From Halocafeteria seosinensis (lineage: Eukaryota): a stretch of 64,000 nt of DNA. The translations under genes were made by a program, and so were the position numbers. A model generated the notes under the pieces. It ran no database searches. It was not told where the DNA came from and worked only from the letters and a program-made list of their open reading frames with translations. This document shows positions 46,884 to 60,084 of this stretch, in pieces. Location: contig LVLI01000084.1 in NCBI GenBank assembly GCA_001687465.1, positions 1 through 64,000 of the forward strand. Direction: 5' to 3'. Position 1 is the stretch's first letter. Each line of letters starts with the position of its first letter.

Positions 46884-49478
46884 ATGCGAAGAGCGACGCC
46901 ATCGTCTTACCAGCGACGAGGAACGATGGAGACTGTGACTGCTTCAAATTCGCCAAGCAGCTCATCAAATGGATCCGATACGCGTCGAACTAGTGGACTC
47001 TTTAGTAATTCCTCTGGATCCTCGTCGAGATCCTTGAATGGGACGACTCAATCGGCGAATACAAGTGGGTTCAAGGTGCCTGAAATTCCGCCTACGTCGA
47101 CCACGGACTCTGCCGAGCTTGTTCGTCTTAGTGGTTTTAGCATTTCTTATCTACTAGGAGCAGAGCAACGGTCCAAGCAACAACAACAGCAGAAGCAATG
47201 GTGCTCGTCTAATTCCTCCTTTACTTCGAACAGTAAAGGGATAGCAGATGCTCGAGCAGGTCTGTCGGGATTGTTAGAGAAGGCATTGGTCCTTTTACCG
47301 GGTAAGTGCATGAGTTACTTTGCTCCTGATGATATCGACAACCCGAGCTTGTGTATCCGGCGCTTTTCCTGCAGATACTTTGTACTACGTAGCCATCCCC
47401 GAAGGGCAACAGCTCGAGAGAACTGTAGAGTACCGATGTCAGTTTGTACATACGGGTGACTTTACATATATTCCATTTTTTGCGGACTTTGGTCCGTTGA
47501 ATTTGGGACGCGTGAGTGTTTGCGTTCTGACTCGTTTGAAGTCTCTCTTCTCATGCTTATCGTCTCTTTGTTTCCCCACTCTCAGGTGTATAGATTTTGC
47601 GAGCGCATTGATCATGCATTAAAATCTGCGGACACAGCGAGAGTGTGTTGCTATAGTACGGATCACCCGCATCAACGAGCTAACGCAGCCTTTCTCCTTG
47701 CGTCGTATTTGATAATCCGCTATGGCTTTGCGCCGGAGGAAGCATTCATCCCCTTCCTGGGGATTTCCCCTCCTATTGCAACGTATCGAGACGCAGCTTT
47801 CGGCCTCTGTACATATCATCTGACAGTTCTAGACTGCCTTCGAGCTGTCTCCGTGGCCATAAGGCGAAACATATTTGAGTACAGCATGTACGTGTCCCGT
47901 TCGTCGGCGAGTGTGTTGATTTTAGTGTTTGGCATGTCCTTTGGCCTTTGCAGGTTTAATATTGCGCAATATGAGCATGATGAACAGCTATGTAATGGCG
48001 ATATCAACTGGATTGTTCCGGGGCAGTTTTGTGCTTTTTCTGGGCCATTGGATTCTCCCAAGCAAATTGACGAGGCTTGTTACACTTGGACTGCCGCGAA
48101 GTACGCGGAATACTTCAAGGCTAACAATGTGGGCGTGGTAATACGTTTGAATCAGCCGTGCTACGACAAGCGCGCCTTTACCAAGGCCGGAATAGATCAC
48201 TATGACCTGTATTACCCAGACGGAGGTTTACCCCCACAGGATATCTTGTCCAAGTTTATGAAAATATGTGAGTATGCACACAAAACTGGTAAGGGGAAGA
48301 ATTCGAAGGGTGAGCCATGCGCAGTAGCTGTACATTGTAAGGCAGGGCTAGGCAGAACGGGTACTTGCATTGGGGCGTATCTTATGAAGCACTATGGGTT
48401 CACTGCTAGGGAGGCTATCGCCTGGGAACGAATATGTCGACCCGGGTGCGTTCTTGGGCCGCAGCAGCAATACTTAGAGTCTATTCAAATGAAGATGTGG
48501 GGAGAAGGGAATTTGCCATCCAGCGTTCCGCAACATGTGTTTGATGGTGGATATACGTTAAGGGTCCACCGGAATGCTTCGGCTGCCTTTGATAATGCAA
48601 TGGACGACATATTGACTAACGAATTTGCTGTGCCGCAATTCTACAAACTGTACTGGCATCAACTAGAATCGAGAGAGACGCAAAACCGCACGGGAGGAGT
48701 AAGCCCTAACGAGAATATTGGTCGGCTAATTCAGAAGAATGATTCGACGCTGCGGGGTGATGCTTCGGTTCGACAGCTTTGCAGTCAAGATGACATCGGT
48801 GCTCTTGAGGTTCCAGTCTTAGACCTCTCTGAAGGGCCCAAGATTCGGTACAGCGCGTATAAAGTTGATATCCAACATGACGATAGTGGCAAGTTGTCGT
48901 CACCAGTCGCATTTGACGTCGAATCGCCAGCAAAAATGAGCCCTTATAACGTGTCGAATGGCTTCCAAAGTCCAATGAATTCCCCTGAAAGTTTTCCGAG
49001 GTCTTCGTCTCCAGGCTCTGCATTCCTATCTTCTTCGGTGAAAGGCTCACCGCAGGGCTACTCAAATAACAGTATGTCGACTCTACAACGTCGGGCGTAT
49101 AGCCTGGCGATGGCTCTGGGTCACGATAACCAAGGTGGAGCACCCACACCCAGTGCCGACGTTGCAGAGGGGATTTCGGCCGAGACCGTTGGATTTAGTC
49201 CCGGTCCCCAGTCTTTCCGTGGCAGATTTTCTTCGGATGAGGAATCAGGCAGCGACAAGGGGAGCCCTGAAGACTCGACACCGCCTCGGAGTCGACGCCT
49301 CTCTCCATTGAATCCAGGTGCCCGCAGGTCCTTAGTGGAGAAGAGTGGATCTCCGTTGGTATCCCAGAACAGCAGTCAGTCTCAAGAAGCAGATGAAACT
49401 GCGCACGAAGAATTAAACGAAAACATCAATCAAACAAATCGACCGAAGGCTTCCAGGCCATCTTTACCATCCCAATGA
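46884..49478 (+). CDS. CDC14: Cdc14 dual-specificity phosphatase; 3 introns
   Basis: YIPFFADFGPLNLG, RANAAFL, YRDA, NGDINWIVPG.F.AFSGP and the catalytic VHCKAGLGRTG. Confidence 0.93.
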
Positions 49479-49573
49479 GGGAGTTGGGTCGACACCCTAG
49501 CGCTCAGTGGTACCGTATTTCGAAACGAAGTGGTTGAGGACCGTTCGACCGACTCTGACGAAACCTAGGAACG

Positions 49574-50090
49574 TTAATGCCTTGTGATATGTCGATGCTG
49601 ATCTTTGATCCAACGTTTGACATCTTTCGGAGGAAGAAGTTCTGTAAAACTAGATGGCAGTGTGAGTATAAATTCCAGTGCCCGTTCGTAAATCAAATCT
49701 AGGGCTTCATATAAGTGTTGCTGACGTTGTTCGATGTTCACCTCTTCGAGCGATTTTCCTGAAGAGCGCAGTGTTTTAATCGGAGTAGAATGCTTCGAGA
49801 AGCAGTCATATAGCGCCTGTTGAACGAGCCTCAAAGACTGTGCTTCGCGGACTCCACTGCAGGAATAAGAAATGCTTCTGTAGTGGTTCCGGGTAGTGCA
49901 AAGGGGCTCCGACATATTGCCTGCAATGGCATTGCCATCATTAGTAATCTGAGCCATAATGCGTAGTTCTGCGCATATGGAAGGTCAGGGTCGTACAAGT
50001 GACCATGTTTGATGGTGGTTGTATCTACCAATTCGCGGCGCATCCTTACTGAAGGATGAATGATAGGCAAGTCGAGCTATGCAAACATTT
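49574..50090 (-). pseudogene. Frameshifted glycosyltransferase family 2-like remnant
   Basis: IIHPSVRMRR...YDPDLPYAQNYALWL lies in one frame and ITNDGNAIAGNMSEPLCTTRNHYRSIS in another. No intact upstream GT2 exons were recognised. Confidence 0.5.
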
Positions 50091-52060
50091 CTGATACATA
50101 TGGCATCATCGACCAGCCACATAACCACTGAGAATTTGACGCACCTCCCCCCTGTTGCTCGAAGTTCAGGAAGCAAAAGTTCGTCAAAGCCCAAAGAGCA
50201 TCGATTCTCACAGACGAACGTTTACTGTCGCAGGCAGCGACGAGGAGGGGCGCTGGAGACTCTTTATCAATCTTTCATACCCTCATCGGCCTGCTGCATA
50301 GAATAAGCGTATAGAACCTTGACTTCGAACACACAGTCGTGGATATGGGAGATGCATTCGCTGTGCCGCTCTCCCTCTGCCCAGTTTGGTGACTGGTCCG
50401 CTTGGATCGCATTCATGCAATTGATACGTCCTATGCTTACTGAACACTAAGAACTTAACGTTTATAGCATACATACTACGAGGTATTGCGCTTTGTGTCG
50501 AGCGGTACGGCTTCTTGATTCTACACCAGCTAGCTTACCTCTGTCAAACCAAGACAAGAAGCAGCAGCACTGTTAAGCCAAGAAGCTTCGATTACCACAA
50601 ACTGTGCAGATGCAACTATGATAGTGCAATACTACAGCATGACTTAGGAAAATTTGGCCATTCGAAAGAGTTATTATCAAGATATTACAAAACACCCGAA
50701 CTCTGCTTTCGGGAGCACACTATACTTGACTTGGCAGCTTACGTACATGTAGGTTGAGCTCGTAGTTCATGTACAATCGTGTGTGCTTAAGTTGTACTGT
50801 GAGTCGATGATGTATCATTCCCAGTTTTCTTAGTTCCAATGTTGACACAACGGCTCACGTGAAGGACATTACCGGGTACTATACCTTCACGTGTCTCCTA
50901 TCACTGACTTCCACAAGTGTCTTCAATGTCCCCTGTCCACACTTGTTACTTATATTGGTAACTTGGCCGTTTCGTCGTCCACTGTAATTCAATTGGTAAT
51001 CCCATGGGTCCACATCGGTAAGTATAGGATGAGTCCAAGAGTCTCTGTTAGCATTTTCCATTTTCGTTGCCGTTACAATTCCCAGCGTGTTGCGCACTCC
51101 CGAACCTGACCATAAATACACCAGTGCGTAGGGCGAATGCCTATCCATTGTTCCTACCGTATAACTTCCCAATAGGGGATCATGACTTCCCAAACCTAAA
51201 CCCTCTGAACTCTTCCACTTCGATTTCGGTTAGCAAAGTCTTAACTACCCTGTAGCCCGAACTTCTGACTCGGTACCACTCTCGGTTCTTCTAGGGAAAT
51301 GAGCCCCAGTTCCAGTGCACTGAAAACTGGGTACGTGGGTGGAACTCGTCTTCCATTTCGTGTGTAGGTAATTCAATACGGTATTCCTAGAGTGGACGGC
51401 CTGGAATACGGACAGAACAGATGTCATTGTAGGCCTCTCTATACTTATACGCTTGTTTGAGCACACACCAACATTGTAGACGTTGCAAACTGTACCTGGA
51501 GCCGCAGAGACAGAGGCCTTCAATATAGGTACTTGTTCCGGAGACTGACTTGCATCCCAGCGATCAACTAGCTGCTTCGAACAGTACCCAACAAAAAATA
51601 GGCAACGCTAGCCTTCGCCGAAGCGATCATGATGGTCGTTGTCGCTGGGACCTGAACGCACCGAGCGCCAACACCCCGCTCGCTAAACTCGGTACTGCCT
51701 CTCAGATTCGGAGGCATGCGGCTCACATTGGCCACAGACATTCGATGCTCCCTGACCAAAAAGGATCGGATCCGTTAGACGGCCTACATGTATCATACAG
51801 CACGTAAGCGCATTGCTTTGTACTGTAGTTGAAGTTGAATAAGGCCTGGAGACCGTGCCGTACCGACGGTACCGGCTGGGTGACCCCCCCAGTCTTGGGT
51901 CCGTTGTTCCGTGCCGTGGATGCCATACCATACACAAAATGGAGGTTTGTTAATTCCCTACGCCAAGAGCCGAGGTTAGAAGAAAAGCACACGCGCCACA
52001 CTTTGCGTCGATAGTACTTGCAAATTGTATTGAACAGAGGCGTCCAAAAGACCAGCAACC

Positions 52061-53900
52061 ATGATGCGCGCCGCTCCAACAAGACGTCGTTTTGGCTTCA
52101 AACAATGCCATTTCACTCGTGCACAGGCCATTCTCGGCTCGCAATCCATGTGGGGGAAAGGGTTCTGCAGCAGCACGCGCCTGCAAGAAGGTGAGTTGTT
52201 TTATATACTTATACGTCACAGTATCGGTTGCGCGGGATGCGGAGTGACTCCTTGACACTCGGGTTTTGATCAATGGGTCTTACGATACAAGATGGAACAT
52301 ACATAGTGGATGAGGAAAACTCCACGAACGACAGGAGAATATGCTGTTGCCATCAAAGTTCTACCCAGCGACAATCACGAATCAACAGACATGCAAGTAA
52401 CTGCTGCTACTTTGCTTTGCAGGAAGGCCTAAAGTCTGCGTTGCCCATGGAGATGGTATCGGACCCGAAATTATGTCGGGGACTCTGGATGTTCTCAAGG
52501 CTGCCGGGAGTGAGATCGAACCTGTGCCAATTCGAATTGGCAAGGAAGTTTACGAGAGTGGCTACACTTCCGGAATCACACCAGAGGCGTGGAAGGCAAT
52601 GCAGGAGCACAAGGTGATCCTAAAGGCACCTATTACTACTCCACAAGGGGACGGGTACAAAAGTCTGAATGTATCAATCCGTAAAAACCTCGGACTCTTT
52701 GCCAATGTCCGACCGGTGGTCTCGTTAGCTCCGTTTGTAAAGACTAATCATCCCGATTTGGACCTAGTGATTGTACGCGAAAATGAAGAAGACTTATACG
52801 GAGGTATTGAGCACCAGCAGACTCCAGAAGTGGTGCAAACTCTGAAGCTCGTGTCTCGCCCTGGTTGTGAGAGAATCGTAAGGTATGCATTTGAGCACGC
52901 ACGAGTATACGGCCGAAAGAAAGTCACATGCATGACCAAGGACAACATCATGAAACACACGGACGGCCTTTTTCATCAAGTATTCACTGAGATTTCTCAA
53001 GAATATCCTGAAATTGAAACTGAGCACCAAATCATTGACATTGGCACGGCTCAGTTGGCTGACAATCCCTCATCGTTTGACGTTATCGTTACTTTGAATT
53101 TATATGGGGATATTATTTCCGATGTTGCGGCTCAGGTTTCTGGATCGGTAGGGCTTGCAGGTTCGGCTAACATTGGAAAGGAATACGCCATGTTCGAAGC
53201 GATACATGGATCGGCCCCCGCCATCGCTGGTAAGGATATGGCCAATCCCTCGGGCCTCTTGAGTGCGGCTGTTTCTATGTTGGTGCACGTCGGGGAAGCC
53301 GAGGTGGCTGACCGTACTCGCAATGCTTGGTTGAGGACCATCGAAGACGGTATTCATACCGCAGATATACATCAAGAAGGGATAAGCAAGAAATTAGCTG
53401 GCTGTAAAGAATTTACGCAGGCGATAATAGATCGAATGGGCAAATTCCCACGACATTTTCCACCCGCCCACTACACACAAACTGGTGATCGTCGAATACA
53501 GGTTAGGGAATACACTCCCAAGCAAACTCCTCGAGATCTTGTGGGTATGGATGTATTCGTCTATTTCGACGAGCGAAACGCTGAAACTCTGGGGAAGCGA
53601 ATCGAAGCAGCTCTTCCCGACCAACTGCAGCTGAAAATGATCACCAATCGGGGTACAAAAGTGTACCCCAATGCTGTAGAAGGAATTTTCTGTACGGATC
53701 ATTGGCGTTGCCGCATCGTGTCGAAGGATGCACGAGTGTTTGAGGAAGGAGAAAAAACCGCTGGGTATCCTAAAGTGGATTATGACGGTTTCCTCAAGCT
53801 TATGCAAAATCTTCACGGTAATGGTATTGAGGTCATCAAGACCGAAAACTTATACTACATTGATAACAACAGAGCCTTCAGCTTGGGCCAGGGTGAATAA
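52061..53900 (+). CDS. icd: Isocitrate dehydrogenase, long bacterial-type (probably NADP-dependent), with N-terminal presequence exon; intron 52191-52422
   Basis: VAHGDGIGPEI, LKAPITTPQG.GYKSLNV, VRENEEDLYGGIEH, KDNIMK.TDGLF, NLYGDIISD and FEAIHGSAP; extra C-terminal domain (MITNRGTKVYP, CTDHWRCR, KTENLY, FSLGQGE). Confidence 0.9.
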
Positions 53901-54850
53901 GCAGAGGATTAAGTGTCACCTGTGCGAAGATGCTGTAGCCCAAGTCAAAGCTGGAAACTGACTTTGCCAGAATTTGTGATAACTGCAGTCACATCGTCGG
54001 GTTTGCTGTCCCTGTTAGAAAAATCTTAAAAATCAAAAACTTTCAAACCGATGTCTATCTTCGAGTTCTTATTTAGTATAATACCCACTTTACCACGTTG
54101 TTGTTAGTGCTAGGAGTGGCCACTTGTTACATGCCTTGGGAAGTTACGTACAGCGCGGGTACAATGTACCTGTGGAGCTATGCCGCATTTCTTTCGGCTA
54201 CATAAAATGATACCGTGAAGCTTACGCTCTGAAGAAACATTCGTACTTAACAGGATCCAGCCGAATTGACGAATCGCATCTTGAAAAAAATACAGAGATA
54301 GAACGTATCCGTACGTCGTACACCCCGATACTCGGGCATATTAAGTAACTTGCAAAAATTGGTGGTAAAGCTGGTAAATAACGGGAAACCAACAAAGAAT
54401 ACGTGGAAGAACTGGAATTGAGAGACGAATTACTGCAGTTTAACAACACCCGAACACTATACCGGTAGCTCTATTAACGGGTATATGGAATTCTCAATTT
54501 GGTTCATCAAAGAAGGATCATTGACCACTTCTTCCAGGAATCTCTGTTCTATTCGCAATTCAGCCACTTTTTGAGGGATATCACTCGACTATAACACTTT
54601 AGATCAGTAAAAGTAGTGTATACTAATTGGTATGATCTTGGCTACACTGTACTTGTTGTACCAGCTAACTGTCCCCGAAGTAAAAAATTCCTAACCACCA
54701 CATCCGGTCCGGGCCGAGCGCCCGGATAGACGATTACTAGTCATTATCTTGTATGGAGCGCCGTATTGTCAGCCCCCAAACGTGTGACCACGCGTATGTG
54801 CGTGTCATACTCTGTGTGTTGGTGTGGTGGACACCCACACTGTGTGAATA

Positions 54851-57279
54851 ATGAATGAGAGACAAAACGGGGGGTATTTCCCCCAACTGGCTTGTGAGGA
54901 ATCAGGCCATGCTTACGTCGTTCGGGGCATTTATGAAGCTGAATACCGTAATTCCTTCACCCAAGCCGCTCAAAAAGTGAAGCACCTTCAAGTGGACCAG
55001 AACCCAGACGAGTTTGAAGAGGTGCGCAGCTTTGATACAGGAGAACAAGCGAAGGAATGGTACAAACAGCATCGACGATGCACTAACCCTAAATACCCCC
55101 AATGTGACCACATTTATACACATGCCTGTGACTGGGAACAAGTCGAATCACTGCTGCTCAAGCCTCTGGAGCAGTACCGCGCCAGATACCCACTTCGGGC
55201 GCCTGCCACGGACAACCCTGCAAGGAAATTGTTCTCGGGAGACCCTCGTGCTAACGTGGAATGCTCTCCAGAGATACGAAAACTCAGAGACCAGGTGCAA
55301 CAACGTCTACAACTGCCATGCCATGAGGTTTTGTGCGAGGAAAGCACATTGAACACGCTGCGGTACTTGTTCTTCCATATGCGGTGTGGAATTTTTGTCA
55401 TGATACGGCGCAATCGACTGGTCATGTTTGTCCCATTTGTTAACAAAGATTATGTCAATACATGGGGGCATCAACTCAAGCTTGAGAAGCCAATGGATGA
55501 ATACTACCGTGAAAAAAGGAAGTTTATTCACGAGAATGTGATTCGGGATAAAACACGCTGGTGGGCGAACGGAAATATCATTTGTAACGTACAGAGTCGA
55601 CGATTTTGGGGCGACAGCTACTTGACTCAACTACGTGATATGCTACAAACTTTATGCCATCACCGGACACTCCCCGACTGCGAATTTTTTATCAATAAAA
55701 GAGACTTTCCTCATCTCAAGGGAAACCTAACAGAACCGTACGATTTTCTCTATGAACAGGACGACGTACCTTTGGGGCGCGAAAAGTACAAATTCTACGC
55801 TCCAATTGCATCGTTCTTTGTTTCCCGAAGCACGGAGTTTGCGGATTTTCCTTTCGTTTGCACAGACGACTGGGAAACTGCCACAGGTACGAAAGATGTT
55901 CTTGGGTTTCATTCGTAAATTTGTTTCGTTTTTATCGCCTGCCTCTATGCTGTGCTGGAATGCAGGACGAGTATATCCCCCGGACGGTGTAGATATTCGC
56001 TCCAAGGCGAAACGAGACCAGTCACGCACTTCATGGTATCGTCGACAGCCGACGGCCGTTTTTCGGGGAAATTCCACAGGACCGGGAACGACTCCCGAGA
56101 CGAATCAGCGTCTCCTGCTAGCGAAAATTTCCCACAGCTGGTCGACGAATAGCGAACTAAAAAAATTGTATGGAGAGGGTAATGAGATCGATGGTATCCC
56201 GTTTCTTGATGCTGGGGTTGTTTCGTTCAATATGCGAGATCGTAAGATGCAAGGTCAGCCTATGACGTATATAAAGCGTGACGTAAGTCCGGCCAAGCAT
56301 AATGGTTGTCATTTGTGTATCACTAGATACGGATGGAATGCGTTCGATTGCAGCAACTGGGCATACCCTTAGTAGAGAGAATACCTATGTATGAGCAGTT
56401 GAAATATAAGTATCAGATATACGTTGACGGACACTGTGCAGCCATGAGATATGCCTCAATGATGGCCTTGGGCAGCGTTATACTGAAGGTAACATTCTCG
56501 CTGGAGTATAAATTTCCGTGGAGACCGGAAACTCACTGTGCGATGTCTGTTGCAGGTGGATTCGTATACGAAGGCGGACACAATGTGGTACTTTCCTTTA
56601 CTACGGAAGTATGATATATACAGTAATGAACCTGATATACATGGCGGTACGTTGCGTTTTTTACACCCTCAAAGGGACTGGTACATATAGTAAGGTGCCG
56701 GCTACAGATCATATCCCGGTAAAATCAGATTTTAGCGATCTAGCTGAAGTTATACGTTGGTGCAAGCAGCATGATGAAGAATGCAAGATGATTGCAGAGA
56801 ATGCCTTGTCACGATATGAAACCCTTATTAATCTACAAGGGCAGCTAAATTACATGGAAATGATGCTACATGGATTTGCATCCAGGATACAGTCTCACGA
56901 GTTTTTGTCTGCAAAGGCTATGGAGAGAGAAACCGAAGAGACCGAAGGTGGAGCTCTCAGGAACCTATTGAGCACTGTTGGCCGTGGCGATTGGTTTGAT
57001 GCAGGAAACTTGGACTATTCAAAGGTGCAGCTGGATCGCTTCTCCAAGCCACCGTCCAAAGTCCCTTCCTCATCATCCCAAGCCACAGATACTGCGCATA
57101 CAGAGGGATATAGGGAAACTGGAATTGAAACTCAAAGTAATGGAGTAAAGCGGGAACGTAGCGTCAAGTTGCAGGGAGCGAGTGAAGAAGCAAATAAAAT
57201 TCGCAAGAGCAATATCGCGCATCTGAAACAGCGATTACAGAATAAGCAAATAGATCTGAGCAAGTACAAGCCAAAATGA
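54851..57279 (+). CDS. Glycosyltransferase family 90 (CAP10/KDELC-like) protein; 4 introns
   Basis: LPDCEFFINKRDFP, AVFRGNSTG, NQRL, LDAG, EQLKYKYQIYVDGHCAAMRY, WYF and DHIPVKSDFSDL..VIRWCKQHDEECKMIAEN. Confidence 0.85.
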
Positions 57280-57471
57280 AACTTAAGAGACTGAACATGT
57301 ATATTGATATTCTATCCGCGCTTAGCAGGTTTTAGGGGTAATACCGTTGCATGTAGTTCGGTTCTCAGCAGAGACGCCCACTTCGACAAATACCCGCCGG
57401 GTACTCCTGTCCATGATAAGAGACACGCAGGAGACCAATCCCTTTTCAGCAGCCAGAAGCGCCATTCGTTA

Positions 57472-60084
57472 TTAGCCCATTCCCAATTGCATTCCGGAAT
57501 CCGATCGCAAAAACGAGGGTGACGATTCAGAGAGTCGCGAGAGTGCACACGAAGGGCTGAAGTCCTCATGAGTGTAGGAAATACCTTCGTTCGGCGAAAT
57601 ATCCTCGAGGCTATACTCGCTATCGGAGGGAGATAGGCTAGAGCGGGGAGGGATTGAGCAAGTAGGAGTACCACCGTCCCGGAAAGCAACGGAATTGCCC
57701 GTATATGCAGGTTCTGGTTGGTATTCTTGAAAGAGTCTATGACACGAGAGAACTTGCGAAGTGTTGCTCTCATTCCCTACAAGGCGGTCGTCACCAAACG
57801 GCGAGTCAGATAAATTTCCTCCAGACGCTCGGCTCTCTAACGGTTCCGGCTTGCAAGTTACAGGTGCAAATTTTCCGATACAGGGCTTTATTTGCTTTTC
57901 CCACACGCTTTGTACGTTCACTGGTGCGTTGTCACCAGTACAAACTGTGCCCGTTTCTTCGTCAAATTCAAAACGACCTGCGTCGACAAGTACCATAAAG
58001 TCAACAGCTATTGGCTTGCTGGACGAGTTGGATCCACGTACAGAAAAAGTCTGACTCGGGGATATCGGTAAAGTCCACTTCACTCTGTGCCAAAGTACGT
58101 GTAATGAAAAGTGAACTCATGACACCGTGCGTCCTCTGAACTGGGCAGTTCACTTACAAGAGACCAAACGCTAGCTTTCCTCCGTACAGCTGTTGTCGGA
58201 ACGACGTATGTCGTCGATGGAGCAAAGAACAATTCGCGGGTACCCATCCAACGGTGATTTCCGCATTGCCGAGGAGAGCGATAGGGGGAAACAAGTAACA
58301 ATTTGCGGTCAGTAGAGTAAAAGTTTACTATCCGCACTATCTGCGTATAAGCACATTTGCATCAAGCATCAAATAGAAGTAGCCATCAAACCCACAACGT
58401 ACTGTTTCTTCATGGTTCTCCGAAGCAACCACAATGTCTTCCTGGAGCGCGTAATCCCTTTGACACTCTGCAGTATGTTTCAAGTTCTTCTCGTGCTCTT
58501 TTGTCCCTTTGGTTGATTTAGATTTTTCCAGGCTTCGTCGTTTGCCAACGCGGTTGCTTTTTTTAGCAGTATCACTCGTCGCAGCCTCAGTCCGTGCTTC
58601 TCTAGAAGCACAGCCGGTTGCACGTTTAGGCACTTGAACAGTATTACGTGGCGAGGAGTTGCAAACACCACTCGCTGCCTTGTTCCGCGCATTGCCCGCA
58701 GGAGGGCGGGGAGTTTCTTTCTTCATTTTCTTGAACATGTCGATTGCCTCCTCAACAGACGCTCCTGAGTTCTTCCACCGTTTCAAGCTGCGCTCCCACA
58801 CCCCTTGAATATCGGTGGGTCTATAGCCTTCCGGAAACAAGATCTTCTTGCTTTTTAGATCGTAGTCGAATCGGCCTGTTGCGAATCAAGTCAAATAAAT
58901 TCTCTAGGAAAGATTCCAAGGAACAAATCAAGATGTTAGCGCACTTACGGAAATAAGCATCAAGAGGAACATCCGCAATAGAATCGCAATCGGTGCCCTG
59001 TAATCAAGCCTCGGGTGGCCTCAAAATTGTAAAGTAAAAGCATGTCTCTTTTCCACTTACAATAGACCAAACATTTTCTTTATGATTTATAGACTCAATA
59101 GGAATGGAATCCTGCGCATCGGGTGCAAGGCATAGCTCTCTTGAACCAATGCATTTTCGACATCCGAGTTCTGACACAAGCAGTGAATCGAGTTATAGGC
59201 ACAGCAGCGTACTGGAAACTAAATTGCCTTTCCAACAACATACCCGACTTTCTATAATACCAGTAGACATTTACCTCTTGACCCTTCTTCAAGGATTTCG
59301 CTCCCATGACTTTAGCAATAAACGGTAGTGATTCTCCCGGGGAGGAAACAGAAATATCGTCACCAATGTAGAATTTCTGGCCATGCACAGTGAAGGCAAA
59401 CTCCGTCCAATCACTAGTCACATCCTTCTGAGTTTGATTTTGCTCTGCATATATTCTTGGTTGCATCGCATTAATATATTACCCACTGGTGTATAGGGGA
59501 CCCGTAAGAATCTTACCTGAGCAGAGGGACTTGTTCTTTCGGCCAGAGCTCTTTGTATAGCCCTTTCGCGCTGCACGGCGTTTGCTTGTGGTAATACCGT
59601 GATCATACTTATTCCGTGCATGGGGGTTCAAAGTCCTCGACTTTTTCGGGTCCAGTGCATTGGATGAAGAGGTTGGAGATTCTGGTGTAGCTGTCGCTTG
59701 CTGTTTGGTAGTGGCAGCCTTCTTTGATCCAGCAAAGCATCCGGAACGACTTGCATTGCATGTCCTCTTTCTTTTATATGCCCGAAGTGATGGTGGTGAT
59801 GAAGATGGTGAATGTGTTGGTTCATATCCACTGCATACTCCCTCCCACGTAGGGAAATTCTTTCCTTCAGTGGAATCCTGTTTAGCAGACCGCGCACGTT
59901 TCGTCACACGTCTCAGTTTGTTATTCATATTATCTCCAATATGATCTATATATTCGCTTTTATCAGCCTCTGAAGTATTAAAATAAGAGCTGGAAACGCG
60001 TCGATTCCTCTTCCCTACTGAGCTGTTTTGAGGCTCGTTTGGAGCCTCCGCAGCTCTTTTTCCTACGCGCCGTTTGGGAGGCAT
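57472..60084 (-). CDS. Protein with two BAH-like domains and a basic disordered N-terminus; about 7 introns
   Basis: FYIGDDISVSSPG..PFIAKV...VNVYWYYR...RELC..IPIESI; second unit VSPYRSP...RELFF..VVPTTAV; the splice sites give a continuous frame. Confidence 0.65.
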
